A stretch of 64,000 nt of DNA from NCBI RefSeq assembly GCF_009914755.1, contig NC_060930.1; one strand, 5' to 3'. The DNA is from the human T2T-CHM13v2.0 reference genome, Homo sapiens. Below, in pieces: positions 1-12,400 of the stretch. Made by a program: the position numbers and the translations under genes. Each line of letters starts with the position of its first letter. Positions within the stretch are counted from its first letter, which is position 1. The notes beneath the pieces were generated by a model. That model ran no database searches and was not told where the DNA came from. It was given only the letters and a program-made list of their open reading frames with translations.

Positions 1-53
1 CACTCACTAATCTTCAAGCATAAAAATCATTTACGTTAGTATCTACTATCTTA

Positions 54-407
<354 letters not shown>

Positions 408-749
408 TCACAAACCAGTTAAAAGACAAAGATCATCAACAGAAGTATAACAAATCTATATGATACAAGGATCTAATAAAAAAGAAACGTTGAAAGTGAA
501 AGGAGAAAATTATAACATGCAAACATTGATTAAAAGAAAGTTATATATCTACAGAAAAAAAAAATAATAGACTTCCAAACAGGAAATACTGTCAGTGTTA
601 AGTCACCACATTACATCATAATAAAGGAGTAAATTATCTGAAAAGACATAATAATCCCAGACATGTACACACTGAACAAATCTTCAAAATACATTAGGTA
701 AAAATTCCTATTTTTATTTTATGTTCTATCAAAAGAAAAAAAAACCCAA

Positions 750-1122
750 TGCATTAGTCTGTCCTCATACTGCTAATAAAGACAGACCCAAGACTGGGTG
801 ATTTTTAAAGGAAAGAGGTTTAATTTGACTCGCAGTTCAGCAAACTGGGGAGTCCTCAGGAAACTTAAAATCATGGCAGAAAGAGAAGAAAACACATCCT
901 TCTTCACATGATGGCAGGAAGGAGAAGTGCAGAGTTAAGCAGGAGAAAAGCCCCTTATGAAACCATGAGATCTCAAGAGAACTCAGTATCATGAGAACAG
1001 GATGGAGTTAACCACCCCCCTGATTCAATAACCTTTCACCAGGTCTCTCCCGTGACACATGGGGATTATGGGAACTACAATTCAAGATGAGAATTGGGTG
1101 GGGACACAGCCAAACCACATCA
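750..1122 (-). mobile_element. THE1-family MaLR solo LTR
   Basis: The reverse complement runs from TGATGTGGTTTGGCTGTGTCCCCACCCAAT to AGACTAATGCA. Flanks cccaa/ccaag resemble an imperfect 5-bp TSD. Confidence 0.9.
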
Positions 1123-1189
1123 CCAAGACCTGGAAGGTTGCAGGTCTACCAAACATTGGTATTAAAATCTACCAAACATTTAATAGAGC

Positions 1190-1470
1190 AGTCATTAAGT
1201 GAAATAAAATAGAGAGACAAAGTCAAATACCACATGTTCTCACTTGTACTTGGGAGCTAAATAATATACACATATGCACAGAATGTGGAATAATAGACTT
1301 CTGAAGGATAGGAGGGTGAGAGGGGAGTGAGGAATGAGAGAGTACTTGATGGGTACAATGTACACTACTAGGACAATGGTTGCACGAAAAGTCTAGACTT
1401 CACCAGTATGCAATATATCCATGTAATAAAACCACACTTGTGCCCCCTAAATTTATACAAATAAAAAAAA
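1190..1470 (+). mobile_element. L1MA-type 3' end fragment with poly(A) signal and tail
   Basis: ccacatgttctcacttgtacttgggagctaa...gacttcaccagtatgcaatatatccatgtaa...cccctaaatttatacaaataaaaaaaa. Confidence 0.8.
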
Positions 1471-1901
1471 TAGGAAAAGAGCTTATGATGCATCTTGTCA
1501 AAAGAAATATTATCGATTCTACAGATCACTTCCAGTGAATAGAAGAGGAGGCAACAGTTGATACCAGTATTGTTCTAATACCAAAATAAGACAAAACTGT
1601 AAGAACAGAAGACCAATAAACATCATGAGCATAGATACAAAAGTTTTTAACAAAATATTACTAAATTGAATTCAGCAATATATAAAAATGATAATAAATT
1701 ATGACCACATGGAATTCACTCAGGAATATGACTGAATTATTACTTGAAAATTAATCAATGTTATTTGACATATTTATGTAGTATATGAGAAAAATACCAT
1801 TTGATTATTTTAATAGATATAGAAAAATCTTTCAACAAAATTCAACAAAATTTTCATTCCTGTGAAAAGGAAAGAAAAATATCACTTTTAGCAACCTAGA
1901 A

Positions 1902-2236
1902 TTTCTTTTCTTTTCTTTCTTTCTTTCTTTTTTTTTTTTCTTTTAGACAGGGTCTGGCTCTGTCACCGAGGCTGGAGCGCAGTGGTGCAATCTCAACTCA
2001 CTGCAATCTCTGCCTCTTTGCCTCCTGGGTTCAAGCAATCCTCCCACCTCAGCCTCCCAGGTAGCTGGGACTACAGACAGGCGCCACAACACCCAGCTAA
2101 TTTTTGTAGTTTTTGTAGAGATAGGGTTGTTTCACCATGTTGGCCAAGCTGATCTTTAACTCCTGAGCTCAAGCAATCCACTTGCCTCGGCCACCCAAAG
2201 TGCTGGGATTACAAGCATGAGCCACCATGCCTGGCC
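1902..2236 (-). mobile_element. AluJ (AluJb-like), full length
   Basis: T-rich tail, then agacagggtctggctctgtcacc...caagcaatcctcccacctcagcctccc...ctcctgagctcaagcaatcc...gccaccatgcctggcc. Confidence 0.9.
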
Positions 2237-3399
2237 AAGAAAGAAATTTATTTAACCTAATAAATGAGATCTATAAAGAACGTATAGCTAACATTATAAG
2301 TAACGGTGAGAGAATGAATGTTTTAAACTCAAGACAGAAATAGAGTAAAAATGTGCTCTCTCACCACTACTATTTAACATCACACTAGAAAACATAGTGC
2401 AATAAGGCAAGGAAAAAAGATAAAAGGCATACAGATTAGAAAAGAGAAATAAAACTTTCTATTCAAATGTGACATGATTTTCTAGGTGAAATATAACTAG
2501 GAATCTATTTTAAAAGCTCCTAGAAGTAATGTGTGCATAATAGGGACAATGAATAAAAGGTCAGTATGAATGAGTCAATCATATGCTTATACACCAACAA
2601 TGAACAACTGGAACATTTTGGTAATTAAAATGAAATACTATTTCTGATAGCACCCAAAACATATAAATGTACTTTATGTATTTATATACATAAAATATGT
2701 ATATCTGACAAAATTCCTCTATATTATTGTTTAATGAAGGTATATCATTTCATCTTTATGTCTGTATTCTATTCCACTAGTACTGCACATTTTATTTTTT
2801 AAACATGGAAATGGATAAAAAATTAAATAAAAATCACTAAGATTCCCAGCTCCTAGAAATAACCCATATTAATATTCCGTAAGACTTTTTAATATTTTAA
2901 GAAATAGAATATGAAAAGCACACATTTACATACATACATACACACCCATCCTGTATCATTTATATAATTTGCTACAAAAAAGCTCCAGAAAATTGTTAGT
3001 AGTCTTAATATCCAAGGAGTCATATTACAGGTAATTTTTAAATATATTTTGCCAACTTTTCATGAAATGCATGTTTTTATTGGATAAGAAAAGTATAATA
3101 TAGAATACTTTAAACACATTTCTATATTTGAATTATTTACTTATTTATTTTTTATTAAAAACATTATACCAAAAGCAGATTTTCCTATTATACATGTACA
3201 TTCAAACTACTTTTTTTCTATTTTAGTGATACCATATTGAATAGCCTTCTAGTGTTTCTGCTTTATTTCTTTAGGATAAGTTTCTAGAATTTGAAATAAT
3301 ACACAAATAAGGATGAAGATATTTCAGGTCCTGATGCACATTGTCAAATGATCTTCCACAAATGATCACATTAACATAAATCTTCCCTTGTATTTAGTA

Positions 3400-4500
3400 C
3401 CGTTTTCTAAAACAAAGTTTATCGATGCATCATTTGTAAATATTTATATGTACAAATTTTATGTATATACTTTAAGGTATATATTTAATTTTCATGAAGT
3501 CCAGTTTATCATTTTGTTGATTCATGATTCTTTGGCCTAAGATATGGTCAATTATAAAAGAATAGCCTCCCAAGTATTTTGGTTTGTTTTTTATAAATAT
3601 TACAATTTTAGCCTTTGAGTTCATGTTTGTGATCCATATTAAGTTAAATTATTGTGTATAACATAAGGTAAAAGTAAAGATTCCCTGTTTAAAATATTTG
3701 TAGATATCTAGTTTTTTCTGCATCAGTTATTGAAAAGATTTTCCTTCTTTCCTTGTAACTTCCTTGCTACCTTGGTCAAAAATTGATTGACATAGATGTG
3801 TCAATGATTGTAACATTATAGTAAATTCTAAAACCAGCCAAATTATGTCCTAGAAATGTGGCCATTTTATTGCTTCAAAATTGATTTGGCTATTTTAAAA
3901 CATTTGTATTGTCATACATATTTTTGACAAGTTGGTTTTTCTACAAAGAAATAAAATATCTACTGATTTCCATTGTGTTGGATCCACAGGTCACCTTGTG
4001 TCAAATTGCCACATTTAAATGTTCCAACACAGGAACATGGTAAAAGTATCCATTTACTTAGGCCATCCTTAATTACTCTAGTGAGTTATAGATTTCATTG
4101 TAAAATTGTTAAACAACTTTTATTAATTGTATCCAACAATACTTCATGTTTTGATGTTTTTGATAATGGTATTGTTCATTTTCAAAATTGTGTCTCTCGC
4201 TGATACATAGTCAAACAAATGATTTTTAAAATTGCTCCTGTGTTCTGTGGCCTTGCTAAAGGCAGTTATCAGTTCCAGCAGCCTTTATTAGATTTCTTAG
4301 AATTTTTCCATATACAATTGTGTCTTTTGCAAATAAAGGTTATTTACTTCTTTCTTTTCAAGTGTATACCTAGGTTTCTTTTTTTCTTGCCTTATTTCAC
4401 TAGCTAGAATAATCGGTTCAATACTGAATAGAAACAGCAAGAGTAAACATTCTTGGCTTTTTCCTGATAACAGAGGAAAATTCATTTAAGTCTTTTTTGT
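3400..4500 (-). mobile_element. Degraded L1M ORF2 fragment
   Basis: Antisense ORF2-like tracts: ttggtcaaaaattgattgacatagatgtgt, atccatttacttaggccatccttaatt, caatactgaatagaaacagcaagagtaaacattcttggc. Confidence 0.65.
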
Positions 4501-4689
4501 GTGCATTCCATTTCTTTCTTTTCCGTTTATATTATCATTTACATATCTGTACAAAAATATAATAGCTCTTTTAAAATTATTTTTTGCTAGTTCCATCATC
4601 TTTAACATTTTGGGGTCTATATTTGTTGGGTTTTAAAAAATGACTGATTTTGAGTCGCAATATTCTGCTACTTGGCAAGCTTAGAGATA

Positions 4690-7600
4690 TTTATTTATTT
4701 ATTTAATTTCAGTAGGTTTTTGGGGAACAGGTCGTGTTTGGTTAAATGAATAATTTCTTTAGTGGCGACTTCAGGGATTTCGGTGCACCAATCACTGATC
4801 AGTGTACACTGTGCCCAATGTGTAGTCTTTTATCCCTCATTCCCCTCCTACTTTTCCCCTCAAGTCCCCAAAGTCCATTACATCATTTTCGTGCTTCTGT
4901 GTCCTCATAGCTTAGCTCCCACTTATGAGTGAGAACATACGATGTTTGGTTTTCCATTCCTGAGTTACTTCACTTAGATTAGTGGTCTCCAATCCCATTC
5001 AGGTTGCTGTGAATGTCATTATTTTGTATCTTTTTATGGCTAAGTGGTATTCCATGGTATTTATCTTTTCAAATAACCAACTTTTAAAATTCATTATCTT
5101 TTGTATGTTTGTTTGTTTGTTTCAATTACCTTTACTTCTGCTCTGATCTTGGTGATTTCTTTTCTTCTGCTGGGTTTGAGTTTGGTTTGTTCTTGTTTCT
5201 CTGGTTCCTTGAGGTATGACCTTTGATTGTCTATTTGTGCTCTTTCAGACTTTTTAATGTAGGCATTTAATGCTATGAACTTTCCTTTTAGCACCACTTT
5301 TGCTGTGTCCCAGACGTTTTGATAAGTTGTTTCATTGTTATCATTCGGTTCAAAGAAGTTTTTTAATTTCCATCTTGATTTCATTGTTGACGCAATGATC
5401 ATTCAGGAGCAGGTTAGTTAATTTCCATGTATTTGCATGGTTTTGAGCCTTCCTTTTGGAGTTAATTTCCAATTTTATTCCACTGTAGTGTGATAAATTA
5501 CTTGATATAATTTCAGTTTTCTAAAATTTGTTGATTTGTTTTGTGGCCTATCATGTGGTATATCTTGGAGAATGTTCACTGTGCTGATGAATAGAATGTA
5601 TATGCTGCAATTATTGGGTAGAATGTTTTGTAAATATCTGTTAAGTTCATTTGTTCTAGGGTATAGTTTAAATCTAGTTCCTTGATTCTATTTTCTGACT
5701 TTCTGTTTTGATGATCTGTCTATGCTGTCAGTGGAGTACTGAAGTCCCCCATTATTACTCTGTTATTGTCTATCTCATTTCTTAGGTCTAGTAGTAATTG
5801 TTTTATAAATTTGGGAGCTCCAGTGTTAGGTGCATATATATTTAGGATTGTGATATTTTCCTGTTGAAGTAGTCCTTTTATCATTATATAATATCCCTCT
5901 TTGTCTTTTTTAACTGCTGTTGCTTTAAAGTTTGTTTTGTTTGATATAAGAATAGCTACTTCTGCTCGCTTTTGGTGTCCATTTGCATGGAATATTTTTT
6001 TTATCCCCTTTTTTTTAAATGTATGTGATTACTTATGTGTCAGGTGAGTCTCTTGAAGACAGCAGACATCTGGTTGGTGAGTTCTTATCCATTATGTGGT
6101 TCTGTATCTTTCAAGTGGAGCATTTAGGCCATTTACATTCGATGCTAGTATTGCGATATGAGGAACTATTCTATTCATTTTGCCATTTGTTGCCTGAATA
6201 CCTTGTTTTTCTTCATTGTGTTACTGTTCGATAGGTCCCATAAGATTTATCATTTAAAAAGATTCTATTTTGGTGTATTTCAAGGATTTGTTTCAAGATG
6301 TAGCGCTCCTTTTAGCAGTTCTTGTAGCACTGGCTTTGTATTGGTGAATTTTCACAGCATTTGTTTGTCTGAAAAAGACTGTATCTTTCCTTCATTTATG
6401 AAGCTTAGTTTTGCTGGCTACAAAATTCTTGGCTGATAATTGTTTCACTTAAGGAGGCTAAAGATAGGACCCCAATCCCTTCTAGCTTGTGAAGTTTCTG
6501 CTGGGAAATCTGCTGTTAATCTGATAGGTTTTTCTTTATAGGTTACCTGGTGCTTTTGCCTCACAGCTATTAAGATTCTTTCCTTTGTCTTATCTTTAGA
6601 TAGCCTGATGACTGCATGCCTAAGCAATAATCTTTTGGCGATGAATTTCCCAGGTGTTCTTTGAGCTTCTTGTATTTGGATGTCTAGATCTCTAGCAAGG
6701 CTGGTGAAGTTTTACTTGATTATTCCCTCAAATATGTTTTCCAAAGTTTTAGATTTCTCTTCTTCCTTGGGAAGACCAATTATTCTTAGGTTTGGTCATT
6801 TAATACAATCCCAGACTTCTTGGAGGCTTTGTTCATTTCTTAAATTCTTTTTTCTTTGTCTTTTTCAGATTTGGTTAATTGGAAAGCCTTGTCTTCAAGC
6901 TTGAAGTTCTTTCTTTTACTTGTCTGATTCTATTACTGAGACTTTCCAGTGCATTTTGCATTTCTCTAAGTGTGTCCTTCATTTCCAGAAGTTGTGCTTG
7001 TTTTTTTATCTATGCTATCTATTTCACTGGAGATTTTTCCATTCATATCCTTTATAATTTTTTTTTCTTTAAGTTGGATTTCACCTTTCTCTGGTGCCTC
7101 CTTAATTAGCTTAATAATTGACCTTCTGAATTATTTTTCTGGCAATTCAGAGATTTCATCTTGGTTTGGATTCACTGCTGATGAGCTACTGTGATCTTTT
7201 TGGGTTGTTAAAGAATTTGTTTTGTCATATTACCAGAATTGTTTTCCTGATGCCTTTTCGTTTAGATAGACTACTCAAAGGGAGGATCTAGGACTCCAAG
7301 GCTGCTGTTCAGATTCTTTTGTTCCTTGGGGTGCTCCCTTGATATGGTGCTCTCCCCCTTCCCCTAGGGATAGAGCTTCCTGAGAGTGGAACTGCAGTGA
7401 TTGCTATTTCTCTTCTGGATCTAGCCACCTAGCAGAGCAACTGGTCTCCAAGCTGGTACTGGGGAGTGTCTGCAAAGTGTACTGTGATGTGGTCTGTCTT
7501 CAGGTCTCTCAGCCATGGATACCAACACCTGCACTGGTGGAGGTAGCAGGGGAGTGAAGTGGACTCTGTGAGGGTCCTTGGTTGTATTTTTGTTAAGTGA

Positions 7601-8285
7601 ACTGATTTTGTGTTGGTTGGCCTCCAGCCAGGAGGTGGCACTTTGAAGAGCTCATCAGCTGTGGTAGGATACAAGCTTTCCCCAGATCTGCCTTTGGGTA
7701 AGCATTCAGGTTTCTCAGGCAGTGGGCAGGGCCCTAGATCCCCCAAGAGATTATGTCCTTTGTCTTCAGCCACCAGGATGGGTAGAGAAAGACCATCAGG
7801 TGGGGCCAGTGTTAGCCAGGTTTGGGGGTGTGGTTCCCAGGCCAATGGAGCTATGTTCCCAGGGGGATTATGGCTGCCTCTGCTGCCTCACACAGATCAC
7901 CAGGGAACTGAGGGAAAGCCAGCAGCCACAGGCCTCACCCAGCTTTCACACAGCCTGCAGCCTGAAAGGCTGGTCTTACTCATTTTGTGCCCCCCTAATA
8001 GCACTGAGTTTCTTTTCAGGAAGCTAGTGACCAGGGCTCAGAACTTGCCCCAGGCTACAAGTCTCATAACTGAGAAGCAAGCCAACTCGCAGTTCCTTGG
8101 CTGTTCCACAGAGCTTACAGAGGAAATCCACATCATTCAAAGGGTCTGTGAATTCTTTTGGCTTTCCTGGTATGTTTCTGCAGTAGTTCCTGGAGTAAAA
8201 GTTCACGACGTGAGTCTCCACATACTGCTTTGTCCACCTGAGTGGGAGCTGCAAGTTAGTCCTGCCACCTATCCGCCATTTTCTT
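4690..8285 (-). mobile_element. L1PB-family LINE-1 (L1PBa-type 5'UTR, ORF1, ORF2 N-terminus, 3'UTR) with a large internal ORF2 deletion
   Basis: 5' end reverse complement AAGAAAATGGCGGATAGGTGGCAGGACTAACTTGCAGCTCCCACTC; ORF1 peptide at 6445-6627 (KPIRLTADF...ARRDWGPIF); ORF2 peptide at 5094-5402 ([11 protein letters not shown]); L1PB-type 3'UTR at 4690-5060; possible decayed TSD gcttagagatattt/gcatggagattttt. Confidence 0.9.
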
Positions 8286-8559
8286 TTTGCATGGAGATTT
8301 TTTATTAGGTGCTTAACTTTATGAAAATTGCATGTTTTTTATTATTTCTATAAAAAATGTCAAGCTTCGTTTTGGCAAGCAATAATTGCAGATGAGTTTG
8401 ACTCTTTTGAGTTCTGCTTTAAAAGCATTTCTAAAGAAAGCCTGGAGAAGCCTCCACTCCAGTGATATTTTAGTTGTACTGGGAAGGTATGATCCACTTG
8501 GAGTCTCTTCTCAATTCCAGGTGATCAGAGAGGATTCTCTCCTCTGGCTGACTAGTGCT

Positions 8560-8905
8560 TGATATGGTTTGGCTGTGTCCCCACCCAAATCTCATCTTGA
8601 ATTCCCACATGTTGTGGGAGGGATCCAGTGGGAGGTTATTAAATCACGGGGACAAGTCATTTTTGTGATAGTGAATAAGTCTCATGAGATCTGATGGTTT
8701 TAAAAAGAGGAGTTCCCCTGCACAAGCTCTCTCTCTTTGCCTACTGCCATCCGTTTAAGACATGACTTGCTCCTCCTTGTCTTCCACCATGATTGTGAGG
8801 CTTCTGCAGCAATGTGGAACTATAAGTCCAATGAAACCTCTTTCCTTTGTAAATTGTCCAGTCTCAGGTATGTCTTTATTGGCAGCTTGAAAATGGACTA
8901 ATACT
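8560..8905 (+). mobile_element. THE1 (THE1A/B-like) solo LTR
   Basis: tgatatggtttggctgtgtccccacccaaatctcatcttgaatt...ggactaatact, with a perfect 5-bp TSD GTGCT at 8555-8559 and 8906-8910. Confidence 0.95.
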
Positions 8906-9083
8906 GTGCTCAAATAGCTCCTCAACTTTGTGAGATCTGATAATTCTTGAACTTACAACTCCTTAGTGGCTCATTGCTGACTCTGTGAACTTTCATTCAG
9001 CACATGTAAGGCATCCCATTCAGAAGGACAGAAAGAAATACCTTTTCCATTTTCTGGATCCTAATTTTCCACATTGCTTTCTC

Positions 9084-9157
9084 CATTCTGTCACACTGCC
9101 CTGTAAATCTGCTGCCTCAACATTCTGTCATACTGCCCTGTAAATCTGCTGCCTCAA
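9084..9157. repeat. Tandem duplication, 2 x 37 bp, 1 mismatch
   Basis: cattctgtcacactgccctgtaaatctgctgcctcaa followed directly by cattctgtcatactgccctgtaaatctgctgcctcaa. Confidence 0.95.
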
Positions 9158-9459
9158 CTTCCCTAAACTTCAGTCTTCATTTCCTCACTTCAATGAGGCT
9201 ATAGATCTCTGGGCTTCTTCTTTATGTGCCTGGAATCCAGAAGTTGCCTCCAGGCAGAAAAGCCAGGGACTCATAGGCTTACCTCACTTGTTTTTCTTCT
9301 CTGCTCTCAGGGATCACTGTGCTGCCAGTTTTTTGATGTTTGAAAATGTTTTCTTTAATGTATGTTTTTCTCATATTGTAGCTGTTTATTATGGAGGTTA
9401 CATCTAATCTTTACTACTCTATTATAGCTGGAAGCAAAATTCAACATTTTTTTCCTCAA

Positions 9460-9780
9460 TAAAACTTTTGAAATATTTTAGAATCATTTTAGATTTACAA
9501 AAAAGTTGCAAGAATATTATAGAGAATTCATATATATGTCACACTTAGTTTCACTTGTTGTTAACATTATTATGGTACATTTGTCACAACTAATCAACCA
9601 GTATTGGTACTTTCATATTAACTGAAATCCATACTTTATTTAGATTTCTTTAGTTTTTACCAATGTCCTTTTTTTGTTCCAGGATTTTTTCCAGGTTCCC
9701 ATGTCACATTTATTCCTTATGTCTCCTTAAGGTTCTCTAGACTATGACAGTTTCTCAGACTTTTCTTTTGATGACCTCAA
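9460..9780 (-). mobile_element. L1MC-type 3' end fragment
   Basis: ttttagatttacaaaaaagttgcaagaat...catactttatttagatttc...tgacagtttctcagacttttcttttgatgacct. Confidence 0.7.
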
Positions 9781-10278
9781 CAATTTACCTTTAATTCATT
9801 TTCTGATTAACTTTGCTAAAAAACTTTTGTGTATTAATAAAATGAAGAGTGTAATGGTACTATTTTTAATTTTATTAAATTTTTTAAAATTAATGTGCTA
9901 ATTAAAAATTATAAAATTTAATTTTGAGGATTCCAATATAGGGTAGCGTATATTTGTTCCAAACATACCTGCATTACTTTATTGCATTATTTCTTATTTC
10001 TACATAATATTTCATACATATCCTCGGGTATCCTCGGGGGAAAAATACAACTTGTTACTCAGATTCCAGAGTGTCAGTCATCATAGATGGAGAAAATAGG
10101 CACAATGGTTAAATGTGCTACACTCAGCCACAAGAGTGAAGATTTCAAACTTTAAAGGATTTGATCAGATTGGGTTAAAGGTCTTATCACAGGCCCAGTA
10201 CACAGAGTCCAGTCTAAATAGCCCTAGCAGTAAACTCCACACCTGAGATCAATGGCACTGTAATAACAAAAATCCCAT

Positions 10279-10592
10279 CTGCAATGGTTAATTTGATGTG
10301 TTAACTATGCTATGGTGCCCAGTTGTTTGATCAAACACCAGCCAATATGTTGCTGTGAAGGCACTTTTTTAAAGATGTAATTAACATTTATAATCAGTTG
10401 ATTTTGTATGAAGCAGGTTACTCTCCATAATATGGGTGGGCTTTATACAATCAGCTGAAGGCCTTTAGATGAAAGACTAAAGCCCCAAAGAGGAACAAAT
10501 CCTGCCTCCAAAATGCTTTCAGACTCAAAAATGCAACACCAACTCTTGCCAGAACTTTCAGGCTGCCATATCTTCTGTTTCTCTGGAGAAAT
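10279..10592 (+). mobile_element. MLT2-family (ERVL) LTR, degenerate
   Basis: tgcaatggttaatttgatgtgttaact...gtttgatcaaacaccag...gttgctgtgaagg...ctccataatatgggtggg...tctgtttctctggagaa. Confidence 0.75.
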
Positions 10593-11139
10593 AAGAAGTA
10601 CTTAGTGGTGGGTCTACAGATGCTGAAGTCTCCTGAGGAGCTATGGTACAGACAGAGAAGAAATGTCCCAAAGAGGAAGTATATTACTCATGTGGAAAAC
10701 GTTGAGCCTGTGCCCTTGAGGGGCCGCCCAGCTTCTCTTGTTGTGTGACTTCTCTCACTTATTCTGGTCAAGTATGTGTAAACAATAGCTTACAATATCG
10801 CATAGTCTTCTTTCTTTAGTTTTACTCATGGGGAATTCCTATTTGAATTCCAGCAGTAGCAGTCCAGGACCAGCAGATGGCCAGATTTCCGTTGCCTTGG
10901 GTTAACCCTGAAGAATGAGTAAGGAATTAAACGGTGCTAACAAAAAACAAAAGATATAAGTATTAGACAGAATGTGTTCTGAAGATTAAAAAAATCAGTA
11001 AATAGGACAAAGAGGATCACTATATTGATGAAGTCTGCAACATGCATTTAAGCTAAACTGTCTTGATTTTTTAAATATTTTTAAAATCATACATGTGTCA
11101 GTACCATTTAAAGTTCTTTATATGTATTAATTTCTCCAA

Positions 11140-11310
11140 AGCCAACCCTAAAATGTAGGTGCTAGTATAAAAGCCATTTCCGAATTTTAAAAAGGAAGAC
11201 AGAGGTAATGAAGTAACTTCTTCAAAGTTCCAGAGCAGGTAAGTAGAAGGCCTTGGATTTGAACCCAGACAGTCTATATCCACAGGCCATGTCCTTAAAT
11301 GTGTTACATC
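11140..11310 (-). mobile_element. MIR SINE
   Basis: MIR core gaagtaacttcttcaaagttccagagcaggtaagtagaagg...ggatttgaacccagacagtct. Confidence 0.7.
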
Positions 11311-11499
11311 ATGGTTTTTTAGCTGTTCCTTTATCATAAAATCAAATATATTTTTAAAAACTATAAAAACTACAAAGACAATTTTAGAGAAATGTCATAT
11401 TGTTTGAAAGTTTTTGAAATCTCATTTTTAGAAAAATAAGAACAAAAAACAATGGCTGAGAAATACGATCAACTAAACTATATTTCTCTAGCTATTTTA

Positions 11500-12400
11500 A
11501 CCAAGCAAAAATTAGTATATAAATACACAAATTTAGAAACAAGAACAAGCACATGATCAACATATAGGAAAAAAATAAAATAATTATTGGCTACATTATA
11601 TAACTTTACAACAATATATTAAAATCTAGATAAAATAGCTTTTCAGGAAAGCATACACAGTATAATTAAATAAAATTTAGCTAACATGAGCAGAACAATA
11701 ACTGTGAAAGGAATTGTTGAAATTTTCTAAGAAATACTTTCAAAAGGCCTCAGGCCCATACCGTGTTACTGGCAAGGTGTTTCAACTTTGAAGGTATTAA
11801 TAACTCTTTTGTCATTTAAACTTTTCCAGACACAGAAATAACAATTCTTTTTCATAAAATTAGGATAATAGAATAATCTTGATATTAAAAACTATAAGTA
11901 GTGTACCTTAAAAGAAAAAATATGCAGTCCAATCCTTAATATTAATATAAACTCTAAATTCTAAATATGAAATATTAGTAATTGAGGTGCATTTATAGAA
12001 TAATATACCATGATTAATACATAATCATCCAAGAAATAGTAGACTGTTTCTCAATGAAACAAATCTATTAATCTTTCTATACTAACAGCACAAAAACAAA
12101 TGATATGTAGAGTAGAAAACTTGAAAAATTGTTAAGTATAAAAAGTAAAATTTAACACTCATCCTTAATTTAAAAAATAAAAACCTCTTATTAAGTCAAA
12201 TCAATTTAAATTTTGTTTTAATTGGGAACTACATACAGGCACCTGATGTGCAGAGGTAAAAAGCAGAAACAAAATAATACCTCTACCATTTTGTAATGCT
12301 GTCCAAAACTTCTTAGGCCAGTTTCATATGATCAGAAAAACGAAATAAGAGCTATAAATACTTGAAGTAGAAGACAAACTTATAACTACTTACAGATATA
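11500..12400 (+). mobile_element. Very degraded L1ME-like ORF2 fragment
   Basis: A-rich ORF2-like tracts such as aaatctagataaaatag and caggcccataccgtgttactggcaaggtgtttcaactttgaagg. Confidence 0.5.

Noticed and set aside
5040-5085. Spliced L1 RNA as the origin of the L1PB internal deletion
   Set aside because: By recalled consensus the sense-strand breakpoints are not flanked by GT and AG. A short ATA microhomology explains the junction better.
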